Source: Raillietiella orientalis (Eukaryota). Taken from it: a stretch of 64,000 nucleotides of DNA. Shown piece by piece: positions 13,007-26,364 of the stretch (the first letter of the stretch is position 1; the number at the start of each line of letters is the position of its first letter). Both the position numbers and the translations under genes were made by a program. The DNA is taken from contig JAYWIR010000030.1 of NCBI GenBank assembly GCA_036172245.1, forward strand, positions 2,542,001-2,606,000, in the 5' to 3' direction. The notes under the pieces were generated by a model. The model was not told the DNA's origin and did not search any database. It saw only the letters and a list, made by a program, of their open reading frames with translations.

Positions 13007-14799
13007 GCTCCGGTAGCAGGCGCTCCGCGCGCGGAACTGAGTCCTGAGCGGACGGGGAAATGCGAACGGGTTCACGGAATTCAGGAGGCGAGGGAGAGGG
13101 CGTGGCTGTTCCGGGAGGGCAGGGAGAAGGGGGCGGGGTGACGGGGAAGGAGGGAAGGGACCCGATGCTCTTCACTGCCCGCAACTCATCTCGGAAGGCG
13201 ATCGCCTCGTCGTAAAAGGCACGACCACATGCGCGTCCATCCTCGATTGCTGTTGCTTCTCGTCCAGCACGAATGTGGGTCGCACACGGCAATAAATTTT
13301 TTTTCGTCTCCCCCGCCAGTCGGCGGCGAATGGGAAAAAAACAGGAACGAGACAAGATTTATCCCGAAACTCCCGACTCCCCGGCAGGTTTCACCAGGCT
13401 GTTCGAGCAGACTGCGTGCGCAGAGGCGTTCGTTTCGAAAAGTGCGCGGATTAAAAAAAGACACCAATGGGATGTGGGCTGCTCCACGGATAGCTGCAAG
13501 CACGCAAGGAAGGCTGCGGCGGCAGAGAGAGGAGCAGCACGAAATTCTTATTTTACCTTCAATTTTTATCTCCTTCTCCCCCTCCTCCTTCTTTTACTCC
13601 TTCGTCGGCAGAAGCAACGACACCATTCGAAAGTCTGCGTAAAGCCGAACGATATTTCATTTCACACTTTCGTTCCCGAAATAGAACCGCGGTGGATTTC
13701 CGTGCATTCGGCTGGGATTCGGGAAATTCGTTCACTCTGGATTTCGCCGCCTCTCCTTCACACCTTTCGTCCGTGGTTCGGTTTCGCCAAACGTGACGAG
13801 ACGAACTGCCTACGTCACGCTCGGGTTTGCATGGATGTCACTTCCAGGGAGGATGGCGGCGGAGCTCCCGGATCGAACGCGAAACGGTCGTTCCCGGTCC
13901 CATTCCCTTCCTCTCTCCTCCTATTCTCTTCACCCGGTGCTTTCTTGCACCCTACCTGCCTTCCTCCCGTATTGCAACACTTGAATGTCAGAAGCGGCTT
14001 CCCGATTTCGAGGAACGTAGTGCGTGTGCACACACCGAGGGGTTCACACACTGCATGCATCCGACATTTTGTTCTTGTTTTTTTCACAGAAATCCCGAGC
14101 AGCAATGGAAGAGGGGAACAGGATGTGACGAGCAGCAGCGATGCCTTTGCTGAAAATCTTACCGTATCAGAAAACCAAAAAAAAAGGAATATATAGCGTG
14201 ACGGAATACATAAATTTGAGGTAAGGTTATGTAATAAATATTTGAGGGAACCCCTCCCCCCCCCACATGTGTAGCCGTCTTACGTGAGGGCAAACTATAC
14301 GCCTGATGCAGGGAGAGACAATGCGGGAGGCAAACGTCATGGTGATTCCGACTTTCTCGCTCAAGTGATCGCGCCAAATCGACTCTCCGCGGCACGCGCT
14401 GGCGATGATTGCAGAGGAAATCGGTTGCCGGAAAAAAATGTTCCAGTTTCGATATCGTTCGGAAAATGACCGGTTGTTCTCTGGACCTCTAAGAACCCAC
14501 TCCCCCACTTCCCGGTTAAACAATTGGATTTCGATTGCAGGAACGCCCAAAACCAGTTTGATGCTCTTCCCAGGATGCGTTTACCCTGCTGTCAAATTTC
14601 ATCCGCAATTATCTTGTGAGAGGATAATTCTGCGAGTGCCCTGTAGCACTGCCAGGTCTACCAGACGGGAAGCACGGCGAAATGAATTGAGCCCCCGACT
14701 CCCTTCAAGGTGCGTTCTGCTTCTTTTCCATGACCTTGTTTGTCTTTCTGAGACGAGGAGGAGGACTGTTGATTATCAGGAAACGACAGCATCAGGCAT

Positions 14800-15750
14800 T
14801 TTGTTTTGAAAGTGCTTGACTGTTGGGTGCTCATCAACTTTTTTAGTACAAGCAGCACCATTCGTGATTGGTGCGCAGAGGAGGAAACAGGAAGAGGAAG
14901 GAAGACGTCAGTGGCTTTCTGTCGTGACAGAAATCTCCACTCCTGTTAACGTACCATTCATCGAATCGCATGGCGTCAGGATCCACGCAACAAGTGTCTG
15001 CTCTCCGATATGGATTCTGGGCTGTCAAGGTGAGGGCGCATCACTAGATGGAAGATCGCGAACCGGAGGAAAGGATCACCCCCGTCTTCACGATTGCTCC
15101 CGTGTTGCGAACCTGCAGAACCGCATGCGCGGATGTGTCACAACTCGTTCAAGAGTAACTGATGGGAAGTTGCACGTGTCTGCTCGCGATAAGCATTGAC
15201 GTAATCCGGATGCTATTTCAATACTGGTTTTCAAGAACCTTCTTGTTGCTTCAGAGGCGAGGTGAGGAACCACAGAAGGAAATCGGATCCCCATTGTCTG
15301 TTTGCGTCTTCCCTTGCCTTTTTGTTTCTCCTCTTCGTATAAATTCGCTGCCGACGAAACGTTCGAAATGAGTGACACCGGGCCGTCGGCAACCTTCCGG
15401 AGGTGCGAGCTTTTCCGGTCGCGGTCACTTGGTTGCACGTAGAACAAGGAAGCTGCTGTCGCTATCCGGGAGTTTATTTGTCGCTGCTGCTTGAAAGTGG
15501 CTTCCTTTGTGAGCACTCGTGGGGGAAGATACTCAGCCGGTTGCCCCTCTTCAAGGAGAGCTCAGCACGAGAGACCTTGGTCTTCCGAAGCAGCGGAGCT
15601 CGAGCTGCTGAGAGTACCTCTATCGCAGCACCGCAACACGGGATGCTGGCCGAACTCGTCTGCAGCAGAGTGCAGAGCGAGGTCCGCGCGGCGGCAGAAC
15701 GCTGGAGTGGAAGAATCGACGGGTGAGGAAGCAGGACTCGCGCATCCTTG
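14800..15750 (+). mobile_element. Decayed non-LTR RT remnant
   Basis: Ordered motifs LAISIDV (D-x-KAFD region), GEEPQKEIGSPL (GxPQGSxxSP), FAADE (ADD) and CRYPGVYL (KYLGV). Confidence 0.45.
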
Positions 15751-16499
15751 TGGGTCTTCTTTCCCTTTTTGAGGAGCATGACGTGCAGGCGTATGCAGGA
15801 ACGGCAGTAGCGACTCTGTCTATGGGACTGCAGACTTTGAGCTGCGCGAGAGGCCGCTCTGACCTGGGAGTGGAGTCGCGGTCAGAGGGAGGCAAAGAAC
15901 ATGCAAAGAGGAGTGGGCGATCTCGGTGGAGGGAGACTGCAACGCCGTTTGCCAATTACCATCCACCTCCATCTGAGGGATGGCGTGACAGTCTCATGGT
16001 CCAGGGATCAGATCCGGGAGATGTAGAGTGGCACTGTTGGAGAAACCTCCCGCACTTCGTCTGTCTTCCCCAACGATCAGACGCCGGTCTCGAGTGAAAC
16101 GAGGGTTGCTGAAGAGCATGGGTTCCTGGGAAGCACCCTGTTGCATGTTGACGAGCGCGTGCTGCTTTCTTCAGGATCGCAATCGAAGGCAACAATAATA
16201 CGGAGGTGGAGCTCACGGAGAGGGAAGGGGTGCTAAGGGTGGTTGCCGAGAGTCATCTTCGATTCTTAGTTACCTCTTGAAACAGAAAAGAACAAAATGG
16301 AGGAGCAAGCCGTGAACGACCCCCTCCACCTTTCTGATCGTATGCCGACCTTTCCTCCCGACTCGACTGCCACTGCCTCTTCCGACTGCTTGCCTGACGG
16401 GAAAGTTCCGGAAGAAGTGATGGACTCGTGGAAGAATCTGCAGATCTCTCGGAAGAAGCTCCCAGAGAAGGAGAGGGAGAGGGAGAAGTAAGGGGACTT

Positions 16500-17100
16500 C
16501 GGGACGTCGACTGATGGTCCGTCCGGACCACGGAGAGTTGTCCCCGCCTGCTTGCCGCCGGCAGGCAGCGCAGAAGGACGCTCCTCAACCCGCGCGGAAG
16601 AACGACCCGGAGGGAGTGCGCGGCAGCGGCACGCCCTGCTGCTTCCGCTCTCCGTCGGGTCGAAGCACCGAGCGGTGCCGGGACTACTTCCTCCCTGGCG
16701 CCGCAGCCACTCGTTCCGAGCCAACCATAACAGAAACGGGACGCCGCCACGGCGCACCCGCCTTTCTGGACTGCATCCAGGCTTGCTCCTCGACCCAGTT
16801 ACCCGGAGACCTCAAAGCGCGCGTCCCGAGTATTTATACACCTGGGACGTGGGGGAGGACGGGACGCGAGGAGACAGCTGGCTGTCGGTCGGCCGGCATC
16901 ACTGTCTTCCTGGCAGGTCCATCGCCATCTTGCAGAGGGAGGAGAAACGGGGAGCCAACTTTGCTGCGGGTGCCACCGGCGGATATCCGCACTCTCCTGC
17001 GCGCAGGGTCAAGCATCTCTAAAGAGACTTCGTTCAGGACTGCTGACTTCTGGAGGTCCGAGGGTGCTCTCGACGACTGATCTCAGAAGCCAGCCGCCGC
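16500..17100 (+). mobile_element. Decayed RTE-like APE endonuclease remnant
   Basis: EPTITET...AFLDCIQAC...LPGDLKARV...WGRTG matches the YAPT...FY..LQ...GDFNARV...G..G pattern. Confidence 0.45.
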
Positions 17101-20100
17101 TGGTACCAACCCTCCTGGACAACTCTGCGCTTCGTCTTTTCGGGACCTCCTCACTCCGAGAATGCCATCGCGGGCATTTTCGTAGGGCCGTGCTCTTTCC
17201 CCTTCCTCCTCTCTTCCCGTGGGAGCGGACCGGAACGGAAATGCAGCAGTCCACGAGCGAGTGGCTGCAGCACCCACAGCCTGGACCTGCGCCCATCCAT
17301 CCTTTCCTTTGGAGTTTTTTCTCCCTCCTCCTCTCCGGAGGATGTGACCACGGCTGCTGAGCTATGTGACGATGACTTATGACCGAGGGATGAATGACTG
17401 CTGCCTTCTGCGTCTTTTTCTGCACTTAATCCGATCTTTTCCCTTACGCCTTTTGCCGCCACTCGACTTGCTCATCCTCTCCGCAGGATCCCTGCGCACA
17501 GCGGAATCGCTGCGCCCACCCCTGCACCCTTTTCACCCGGCTCCATATCAAGGGGAAAGGTTCCAGAGTCCGGGATTTGACTGAAGTGGTGGGAACCAGC
17601 AGCCGCGCTTCAGGAGTGTTAGGCTACCGGCTGATTTATGCTCGTAAGGGGGTCTTTCCCGCCCTCTCTCTTCTCCCGCCCATGAGATTGGCGCGCATAG
17701 GCTGTAGAGTCCCACAAGTGCGCTCCCGGGTGGTGGTAGGTGAGAGGCCCCCCTTCCCCCTTCTCCGAGGCGGTGGATTCTCACCTTTTCCCAGGGATTT
17801 CTCCGGCTGCTATGGTGGTAGGTGCGTCCTGCGTCCCGGAGGCAGTGAAAAATTCCTTAAGGAAGTGCTGTCAGGCAGTGAGCGCTGATTCGCGGGGCGG
17901 CAAGGCCGCCCAACGTGGCCCGAAAGGGGAATTCGTTCCCCCTTCCGGTTGTACTCCGAGCCAATGAGCAACCAGCCTGCTGATTCCTGCCATTCTTCAA
18001 ACAAAATGTAGGGGAGAAAAGGAAGAAGGGGAAAGAAAAATCTGGTTCAAGAGTAAACACCGGCTGCGATGGTTACAAGGATGTAGGCGACTTCACGTGT
18101 TTGCACCATAGCAGCGAAGTTGGTTGCTAACGACATCTCTGTTTGTGCCCGTCTGCCTGTGTGCAGCGCGTTGCCGAGGCTGGGATTTGGCTCTCGCGAA
18201 CAAATTGTAATCTCCAGTGCCTTTTTGGAAACCCTGAGATCATTTCTGCATCCAGGAAGCGAATGCTGGCAGGTACACTCATTTTGTGCCGTGACGAAAT
18301 GACTCTCCAGAGACGAGACCTTTTGAGCCGTTTGCGCAAGAGGGAAACATTGATCCGTGTCCAACGTTTTCTCCAGCTAATCCCGCTCTCGCCATCCTTC
18401 AAGACAAGCAAATGTACATAGCAGTGCAGAACGCCGATAAACAGAAGGGTGGCATCCGGTAATTGCGCCCAGGTCGGCATTTATCGAGAGACCAGACAAA
18501 ATTAAAATGAATGGCGCGAAAACCCACAAATAGCAGTTAATTATCTCGTTAATTGTGTGTTCCGTGGTTCTGGAGATAACGACCGATTCCAAGACCACAA
18601 AAGGAAACGAAACACTCGGAGTTGAGATCAATTTAGCGGAACGGGAAACAAGGAGGCGCCCATCGTGACCGCTGCCTGTTTGCTTCCCCGTTGCGAGCCT
18701 TCTCCGTATTGCCCTGACTCTGACCCCTGCGTCCCTTCGAGAAGATTTGCAAAGACCACCTGCCTTTCTCCTGTTTCAGCTCACATTCCGTTGTTGCCTC
18801 GTTACTCGGGGCAGAGAGAGACTCGTATCCAAGCAGTTTATCCCAAAGGTTCCAGCATCATTTCGCTTGGTCGCATGTTGAGAATTAAAATGCCGAGTGC
18901 CGCGAGTGAGACGAGCAGAGAAAGTAAACACGCGATGAAAACAAAACAAAACGGAACGAAAATGTACACAGTCTGATGTTGTTGTTTTTTTCCTCGACAT
19001 TAAGATACCCAATTGGGAAATCTCCTTGGAAGCAGGATACGCAATCGATACCATCAAAATTGGAAGGGGGAAAAGAGGTAACTATCAACAAACACGCATT
19101 TTACTCTTGTAACTGTAATGTAAGGTTTGTTATCAGACAACGGAATGAGGATTAACGGATGAAACATTTAACAGAAGCGTCATCTAGCTGAGACAACAGC
19201 AGCCAAAAAACGAGTCAGAGAAAATGTGTAAATCCAAAAACTGTAGGCACCTCGCATGGAGATGTTACGGACTGCACATCAAGTCATAGGCACCAGACCA
19301 AGGTGGAAGTCTTCACAGGTGGCCCAATACATTTTATTATAGAATAAATTTTTGATGGCTTGCCTTGTGCAACCGGGACCTTCGACAAGCAGACACTGCT
19401 AAGGTCGATGACTAGAAGATTGCCAGCCGCCGTTTCTCGGATACCGACGACTTTCCAGCAGCAGAGCCTCTCACCTCAGGCACCTTGGAACTGACACAAC
19501 TTTCCCTTCTCGGTTCGACTCTCTTCGGGCAAGCGGTGCTTCCCACGGCTGTCGGAGCGGCCCAAACTGCAAATATATGGACAACACACAATACACAAAT
19601 GGAGTACACTAAGCCACTGACTGGGTAATTATGCAAATGTTCTTTCACCTACATATAGGTAATAGCGTGAATCCAAACACTGCCTTGGGGATATGAACCC
19701 TTTTCCGTTGGGAGAGATTCATCGTAGTTACTCAGTTTGAGGGACATCCACAACTGTTATTTATGAGGCAGTCCTGAGTGCAATTTTTAGAGATTATCAA
19801 ACGTCCTGTCTTTAACACTATGATGAATGTTCAAAGTGTCTAGGTTCAAGCTGTCTGAACCAAGTCATGATGCCTTAGGATTCAGGCGACGTCTTGCCAT
19901 AAAATTTATGCAAAGCACGTTACTTCGACTCTGCCAAACCAAGGACAAGACACTCCATTTTTCATGAGTCATGAATGTCATCTTCAACTTAAGAATACAA
20001 CTAGGAATACACAAATAGAATTTCGCTTCTGTGAAAGATGTGAAGTCTGAATCTAGTAGAGAGAGTCTGTGCTTTTTGTTTCGTAGTAGCATGTTAGTGT

Positions 20101-20479
20101 TGCAACATTTTGCAAATTTGCTAGCGCTGGAAAACAAACTGATTCAATATCTATCTGATCTGCTTGTCTCTCTTGAAATTTCCAATTCAGGAAGTGAAGG
20201 ATCTGGCGAATTGACCAACACTGTGAAATTGCGTAGATGTCCACCAAGCGTAACTGGTCAGTAAAAGTCTTGAACCCATTTTTTCTATACTTGAATGGTG
20301 CAGCAGCTGAACTTGTGTGGCTCGGGATGACATGAGAGACCTCAAAGCATCTTTTTTGATCCTCTGTGTCGTGTATTTTAATAAGCAAAAATTACCATTA
20401 ACAAAAGCCAATTGAAAAGCTACTAATGAACGCAATCTCCTTTTCAAAAAGCTGAAAGATTTTTGCGTTTGCTCTTTGG

Positions 20480-21700
20480 AATTTTATGCAACTGTCTTTG
20501 GCAAACATGGGATGGACATCATCCAGATATCGGAATTACGTTGGAGAGGACGCTCATTGCCCAAACCTGACATATAAGATCTCAAAAATGAATCGAAACA
20601 CTGTCTTCTCCTGCGGATGCCAGCTGTTGGCCAATCGGTCGACATATGTCATGGAAAATGACTTCCGCGATATTCGGAATCCAAGTCTGGGCACGTATTG
20701 AGGACGCATCTTGGATCACCCGATCGGATGGACAGCTCTTAGCACGCCTATGGTAGGACAGCAAGATAGTGGATATGGCGGAGAATTCCTGAACATCTAG
20801 TGTATGTAAGCAGATTCAATCAACTCTTAATCCAGTACAATACTTTTCTGGATCATTTCGGATGTGTCACTGCTCTCCGTAGACATCCGAAAACGATTGT
20901 ACTTAAGTGTCTTCCGCATTTGTTGAGACCTATTTAGGAACCGCCTTCTAGAAATAGTGCCCGATCATCGAAGTCTTCTCAGCTGTCATAGTTTGGTGTG
21001 CCAACCGATAAGGAGTTTTACTAGGGTGCTCGAACCGTGCTCTAAATACTAGGCTGTTGCAAACCGTACTTTAAAAAAGTGTACCTAGAATACGGTTTGC
21101 ATTCGGTGCCTCATGTCCTCTATGTTGCTGCCATTTCCTGTAGGTCTTGTTTAGAGTGATGGTAGTGTCCTTAGGGTGGGTAAACAGGACGCAGTCAGCA
21201 TCCTGCCTTGTGAACACCTTTTACGTTTGTTTTGGATTCACTGATTTTTTTGTCCACTTTGAGGAAAACAAGCTTTTTTCGGTGCAGATGACGCAGTCAG
21301 TGTAGCTAATTACTAGATCGAAGATGCTTGCTGCTTGGTTGGCTGAACAGCCAGCTCACGTCAACAGTTTCGTGATTCTGCTTGAAGAAAGTGTTGCTGG
21401 TCGTTTTATTTGGAGACTGATGAGTCGTTCGTGAAAGCAGCATCAGTGTCCAGAATTTGCTGTTGTTTCTCCATCTCCTGTGCCAAATCAAGTCGGTCTT
21501 CTGATGAGTCGGCATCAGTCCCGACATTTTTCTTCCGACTTTCACTGCAAAGGTGAAATAATGCCACAGGCAAGAGCAGAGCAACGGAAAACAGATGGCG
21601 TTATCGACTACGTCCACAAGTTAGGGTATTTGATGAGTATCCACACGTCTTGTATGTGCTCCTCCACGTCTTTTACAGAATTTCTCTGAAGAATCTACCA
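20480..21700 (-). mobile_element. Decayed RTE LINE (APE C-terminus through RT domain 0)
   Basis: AVKVG, SNTFFKQ...W...PSSKH...YTDCVI, then PNIAEV...ASAGEDSV and DLICQVW, in the expected order. Confidence 0.5.
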
Positions 21701-22739
21701 CAAGTTTCCGGAACAGAGGTAGTCCATTTATTTAAAAAAGCATCTCTACTCATGTGGAGAATACTTCAACGAATCACAAGTCGTTTCAGTATCCGGCGGC
21801 CTACTGTCTGATAGATTGGGGTTTGTGAGCCAAAGTACGTCTCCGGCACACAAAGGTGCACAAACACTTTCGGACCAGTTTGGTTTCACGGGCTGTGAGC
21901 AGACGCTCGCATTCATCTTTTTGAAAGCTCAAGGGGAGATGCGACTCTGAGAGAGCGGTTTCAGATCGGAGCGCTTTTGTGCCACTGCGAAACGGAAGAT
22001 GGAAAAAGATACTCGAGCAATCAGACGAGCGCGCAACTCGATGGTCCATGGTATCGACCGCTGCTGTTTCGGATTCACAGGTGAAACGTGAGATCAACGC
22101 CGGAGCGAGAGCAAGTACTACATTGCCTGACTCTGGCAGGACATATCTCCGTTGTGACACCACTTCCCGAGTTCAAGCCTTGTGCAGCAACTTGCATGCA
22201 GCTCCTGTGGAGGAGGAGAAGGAGGGAGGGGGGGGGGGGGGAGCAATCCAGAATGGCAAAGCAGCGTAGCGAAGAGAACACGGGAAGCCAGGAGGTCTCC
22301 TTGTGGGCAGCGAAGCATGCAGCTGTGGAATAGCCCCAGCTTTCCTCGTGAGGCTCGCGCTTCGTGACAGCAACGAGATGTTTCTACGATCCCGGTTCCT
22401 CGTCCTCTCGATACTGGAAGTTCAGGGAGTAGGATTGCGCTATGATGGATGCCTGGTTCGCACGGGGTCGGTAGAATGAGCTTCCCATTCGCAGAGACTC
22501 TCGCAGGGCTGAGCTGCAAAATTCCTTCCCTCTGCCCATATGCTGCTCACGGTTTTCCGGGAAGAGAGTTTGCAGCCGGGAGAAGAGCTTTGCTGGTGCT
22601 TGCAACGGTGAATTCCGTGGGTCCCCTCCACCGCTTGGATTTCGAGGGGGCCAGCCACATCCAGAGAGGACCCGTCGTCACTTTATGAGTGGCAACGTCG
22701 CAAGCTAGACGGGCTCATGGGAATGCTTGACTACTGTCC

Positions 22740-23800
22740 ATTCCTGCGGTTGTGCGTTTGAGTGAGGAATGAGGGAAATCCGAATCGATGAATGCGCTGA
22801 CAATGGTTTGCTGCAGATTCCTCGAACTTACTGGTTTTGCGATGTGAAGTGTATCCGTGTAGTCCGTGATGCAAGAGGAGTGCGTCCTCCCTATCCCTAG
22901 CTAGTGTGAAGGTAAGAGTAAGCATGAATGTCTTAGTGGTCATGAGAACTCAGTGGTACCTGTGAGGATTGCGGGGATTCTTACCTACACCTGTCAGCTC
23001 AGCTGCCTACAGATTACTTCTTTCCAGGCGGACCGGTGCTCCTTAGCGAGCTGCTGAACCCAGCAATGCGAACAGCTCGTCTCTTGCAAGGGCTATACCC
23101 AGCTCGGCACCAGCTTCCATCGGATGCTAATTGAATGCGCAGCAGTTCCATTCTTCGAAACATCTGCAGTTTTTTCCCCAAAGACATTCTCTCGCTGAGC
23201 ACTAGAATTGCTTCTGCTCACCGACTCTATTGCAGTTAGGAGAGGACGATTGCACGACACCACCGTCCTAACGGTGCTGGTATACTCGAAAGCACGAAGG
23301 ATTCTTCAAAGTATCCTATGGTGCGGACACAAGGAACCACGCATTTCCAGCTTGTGTCTCCTTTTCTGATGCTTTGTCAGTCAGCTTACTTCAGTGTACT
23401 TCCAGAGAACAGAATGAAAGACATGGCACATAATTAATGGACCGATCCTGGTTTGCAAATAGAGTGCAAAAGTTCCTGGACACCATAATTAGTTCGCTGA
23501 TCTAAAAATACGAATTTTATCTTGAGATATGATGACTTTGAAAGAAAAGTTTGCTAGTGGCTACCAAATAGGTTGATGGAGGAGCACTTATGCCCAAAAG
23601 AACGTGTCACTTTTGAGTGTTTTCATTCTAGAGTGAGAACATCAGTTGTAGGCATCAAATTTTTCGTAAATTGGTGCAGCTGCAGGTGGAAGAGCAAAAG
23701 TTGCATCAGAAGAAACCATGGCTTTCCTTAGCTCTGACCTGAAGTTCCCACGAAGCTGTTTCTTCCTGAAGCGAGTACCGTTGAATCACCAAGAACATGA
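22740..23800 (-). mobile_element. Decayed RTE LINE C-terminal region
   Basis: KIRIFRS...YG, LAKEHRSAWKEVI (LAxDRxxWR) and an eroded terminal zinc finger HCQR...TQTH. Confidence 0.4.
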
Positions 23801-26212
23801 CTCTTGTCCGAGCAAACAGGGTTACCGGTCATGTAACTTTGAGGTCCACAGGAATAGGTGCTCTTATGAATCCCGACTTTAAACTACACAGGAAATGACC
23901 ACAGGGATTGCAATTAGGCTATGAGGATGCATTAACGTCGTTTGCTACATTTCCTGATGCATTGCTAGGAACCATTACTCGGTCGAGTGTTCCTGCTGTG
24001 AGATGGCTAGGTCACCTTTTGAGAAATCCCGTTCTGTTCTGGTCATTTCCAGCTCAGAGTAGGAGAGTAGTTTCTCCAAGGAACTGAGCGTCTGCGTTGA
24101 GCCAGCATTGAAAAGAAGTTTAATTCTTCACGCAACTGCATAATCCAAAAATAGATGAGGAACAAATGTGCCATCTCCTGGTAGCAGCAAAAAATTTCGA
24201 GTTTCCTGGAAGACCAGTCGTTGTCAAGTGTGTGGGGATACAGATTACTGCGGGCAATTCAGTACCTCACATTTCGCGGTGGAATGGGTTTCGTCCATTC
24301 ATTTCATTCAAAGGAGATGACTGCTGCATGTCTTCGGTGCTCTTCGAAAGACGAGAGCATTCCAATGGGAAACGCTGGTTTTGAAGGACTTGCTTTCTAA
24401 TAGAAGCCTATCAGATGTTCTACTTGAAGGAGTTTCTTGTAACCACGTGCCAAGTTCAACATTCCTCTTCAACGTAGTTTTCTTCTTGCAAGAACATCAT
24501 CGTCGGTGAGGAATTTCTACGTCTCAGTACCTCAGTACTACGAAGCAAATTCTGCAGTGATCGAAGACTTATCTTCCGAGAAGCCAAAAAATAAAAAAAA
24601 AATGCTTGGAAGAACTCCGGGCATAGCAGGTGAAGAATGCGTTTTAGAACTTTCTGAAAAAGTTGGCACTTGTTGAGGGAATTTCGCTGATCGTGAACCA
24701 AAGTGGGGGAACCAGGAAGAGTGGCAAACGTGTATTTCAAAGTTTGGATTTCCAGGGGCAGATCCGACGAAGGCGTTTCCTCGTTCCTTCGTAGTGTGCT
24801 CTTTCGTAAGGTCTCGGCATCACTGAGTGGTTTTTCTCCTTCCTCTCTCTTATCAATTTCAAAACCGGCCCTTTTGGATGCGGCAAAACAACAACAACAA
24901 CAGAAAAAAAATCTGTTTAGGTGGTGGATGTTGCGGGCCATCCAATGAGTTCATATTGGGAGTTCTTCAGCCTAACGGGATTTCCAACTCATTATTTCAT
25001 ATTCAGAGACTTCACAGCTTCATATATCGGATGCTACGAAGGAGGATGTAGGAATTTCTTCCAAATAATTTCCTAATCCAGTCGTCTTCAACGCGTTAGG
25101 CAAGGCATCTTGCCCACCGCAATCTGGCGGCTGCAAGACCTTTTTTAAAACGTGGTTCACGTGTGGAGATAGGGATCTGCCGAGCGGTCATTTGTGCAAT
25201 GCATCTTATCTTCCCTATGAATAGTTTTCGACCACTCAGAGACAGAAAAAGTGCCCATTGGATACTAAGAATGTGTAGCACCAAATACGGTTTCCTATCC
25301 ACGGGAAAACATTCCGGTTATCTGGTCACCAGTTCATGGAGTGACGGTCTGCCATTTGGAATCAGCTCTATAAGAGGGGGATGATGTCCGATATAGACCC
25401 GACCATAAAACGGGACAACATTTGAACAAAATGTTTTTTTTATAGTGCACATAACTGCGAGAAATAAGGAAGTCTAACCGAATAGCATGGACTCAATGCT
25501 GTTCGACCAGACCTCCGAAGCTGTCGACATAACGTTTACATGCAAGGATACGAGCACCTAAAGGAGCGAAGTCGATCATTCAGAGAGCTGCCATGTACGA
25601 ATACTCGGATGAATTCTTGGCTGAGTTCGAACAAAAAGAAAAAAATCGAGGCTGCTGCTTGCGTTTTTTCTTGTTCTCCAGTTCTCGTGGGAATCTTCTT
25701 GAACATTTAATCACAGAACAGATTAGAACCTTCAAAAGAGTCCCAAGAAGATAGCATCGTTCACAATTCTATGGCTGGCACTGTTGAAGATCAACCGAAG
25801 AGAGACTTTATCTTTTGCAACCAGTTTCTTACTGAAGAAGATGCTTTATCTCGTAATTACCTGCATCAGCGCATGGGCGATGAATTCCAAGTGCAATGAC
25901 CAACTGCGTGCTGGTTGTTAAACCATCATACCATCGCTTGAATTTTGCAGAATTAGGCCAGATAATGCGGATTTTTCGAAAACCTGTAAAATGTTCTCGA
26001 GAAGATGGAAGTGTGGTCATGGAGACGGAAGAGCAATCAGACTCTAGGAGGCGAATACCCCAAAGTAAGGAAAAATGGGCTTCAATCATCAGCAAGAGAA
26101 TGAGCGAGCTCAATACAGCTTTATTTTCCCTTGGAACAGACAATTCAAAGGCCTTTACGGTCAGCTGTTCAGCTAAACACTCCAAGTTCTTTAGTGGTCC
26201 TCCAGTGAAAAG

Positions 26213-26364
26213 GAGTGGCCGATGCCAAATGAGCGACCGATGCCAGAGGTACTGCAATACCGGGATAACTGGAGGCAAGAGAGAAATAAGCTCCTAGCAT
26301 CCCGTCCATTTCCGAAAGGTTGTTTAATATACTGGAAACCACATATTGAGCTGATAAGAACAGA
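26213..26364 (-). pseudogene. U2: U2 snRNA 3' remnant (from about nt 39), the target of the adjacent Utopia element
   Basis: The minus strand reads TCTGTTCTTATCAGCTCAATAT...TATATTAAAC...GGAAATGGACGGGATGCTAGGAGCTT...CCCGGTATTGCAGTACC, collinear with arthropod-type U2. Stem IIb is missing and the Sm site is degenerate, so it is non-functional. Confidence 0.9.

Noticed and set aside
13273..14196. 307-aa + strand ORF
   Set aside because: Non-protein-like composition crossing homopolymer and low-complexity tracts; likely non-coding sequence upstream of the RhoGEF exon.
19860..20125. piggyBac-like C-terminus (FRRRLAIKF, CAFC...C)
   Set aside because: Only two weak motifs; no DDD core or TTAA/TIR seen.
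20512..20555. + strand DIIQISELRWRG resembling an RTE endonuclease start
   Set aside because: The minus strand carries several ordered RTE motifs across the same region, while the + strand match is isolated.
25896..26297. + ORF with RCQRYCNTG resembling a gag zinc knuckle
   Set aside because: That segment is the antisense of U2 stem-loop IV (GGTATTGCAGTACC), so the motif is coincidental.
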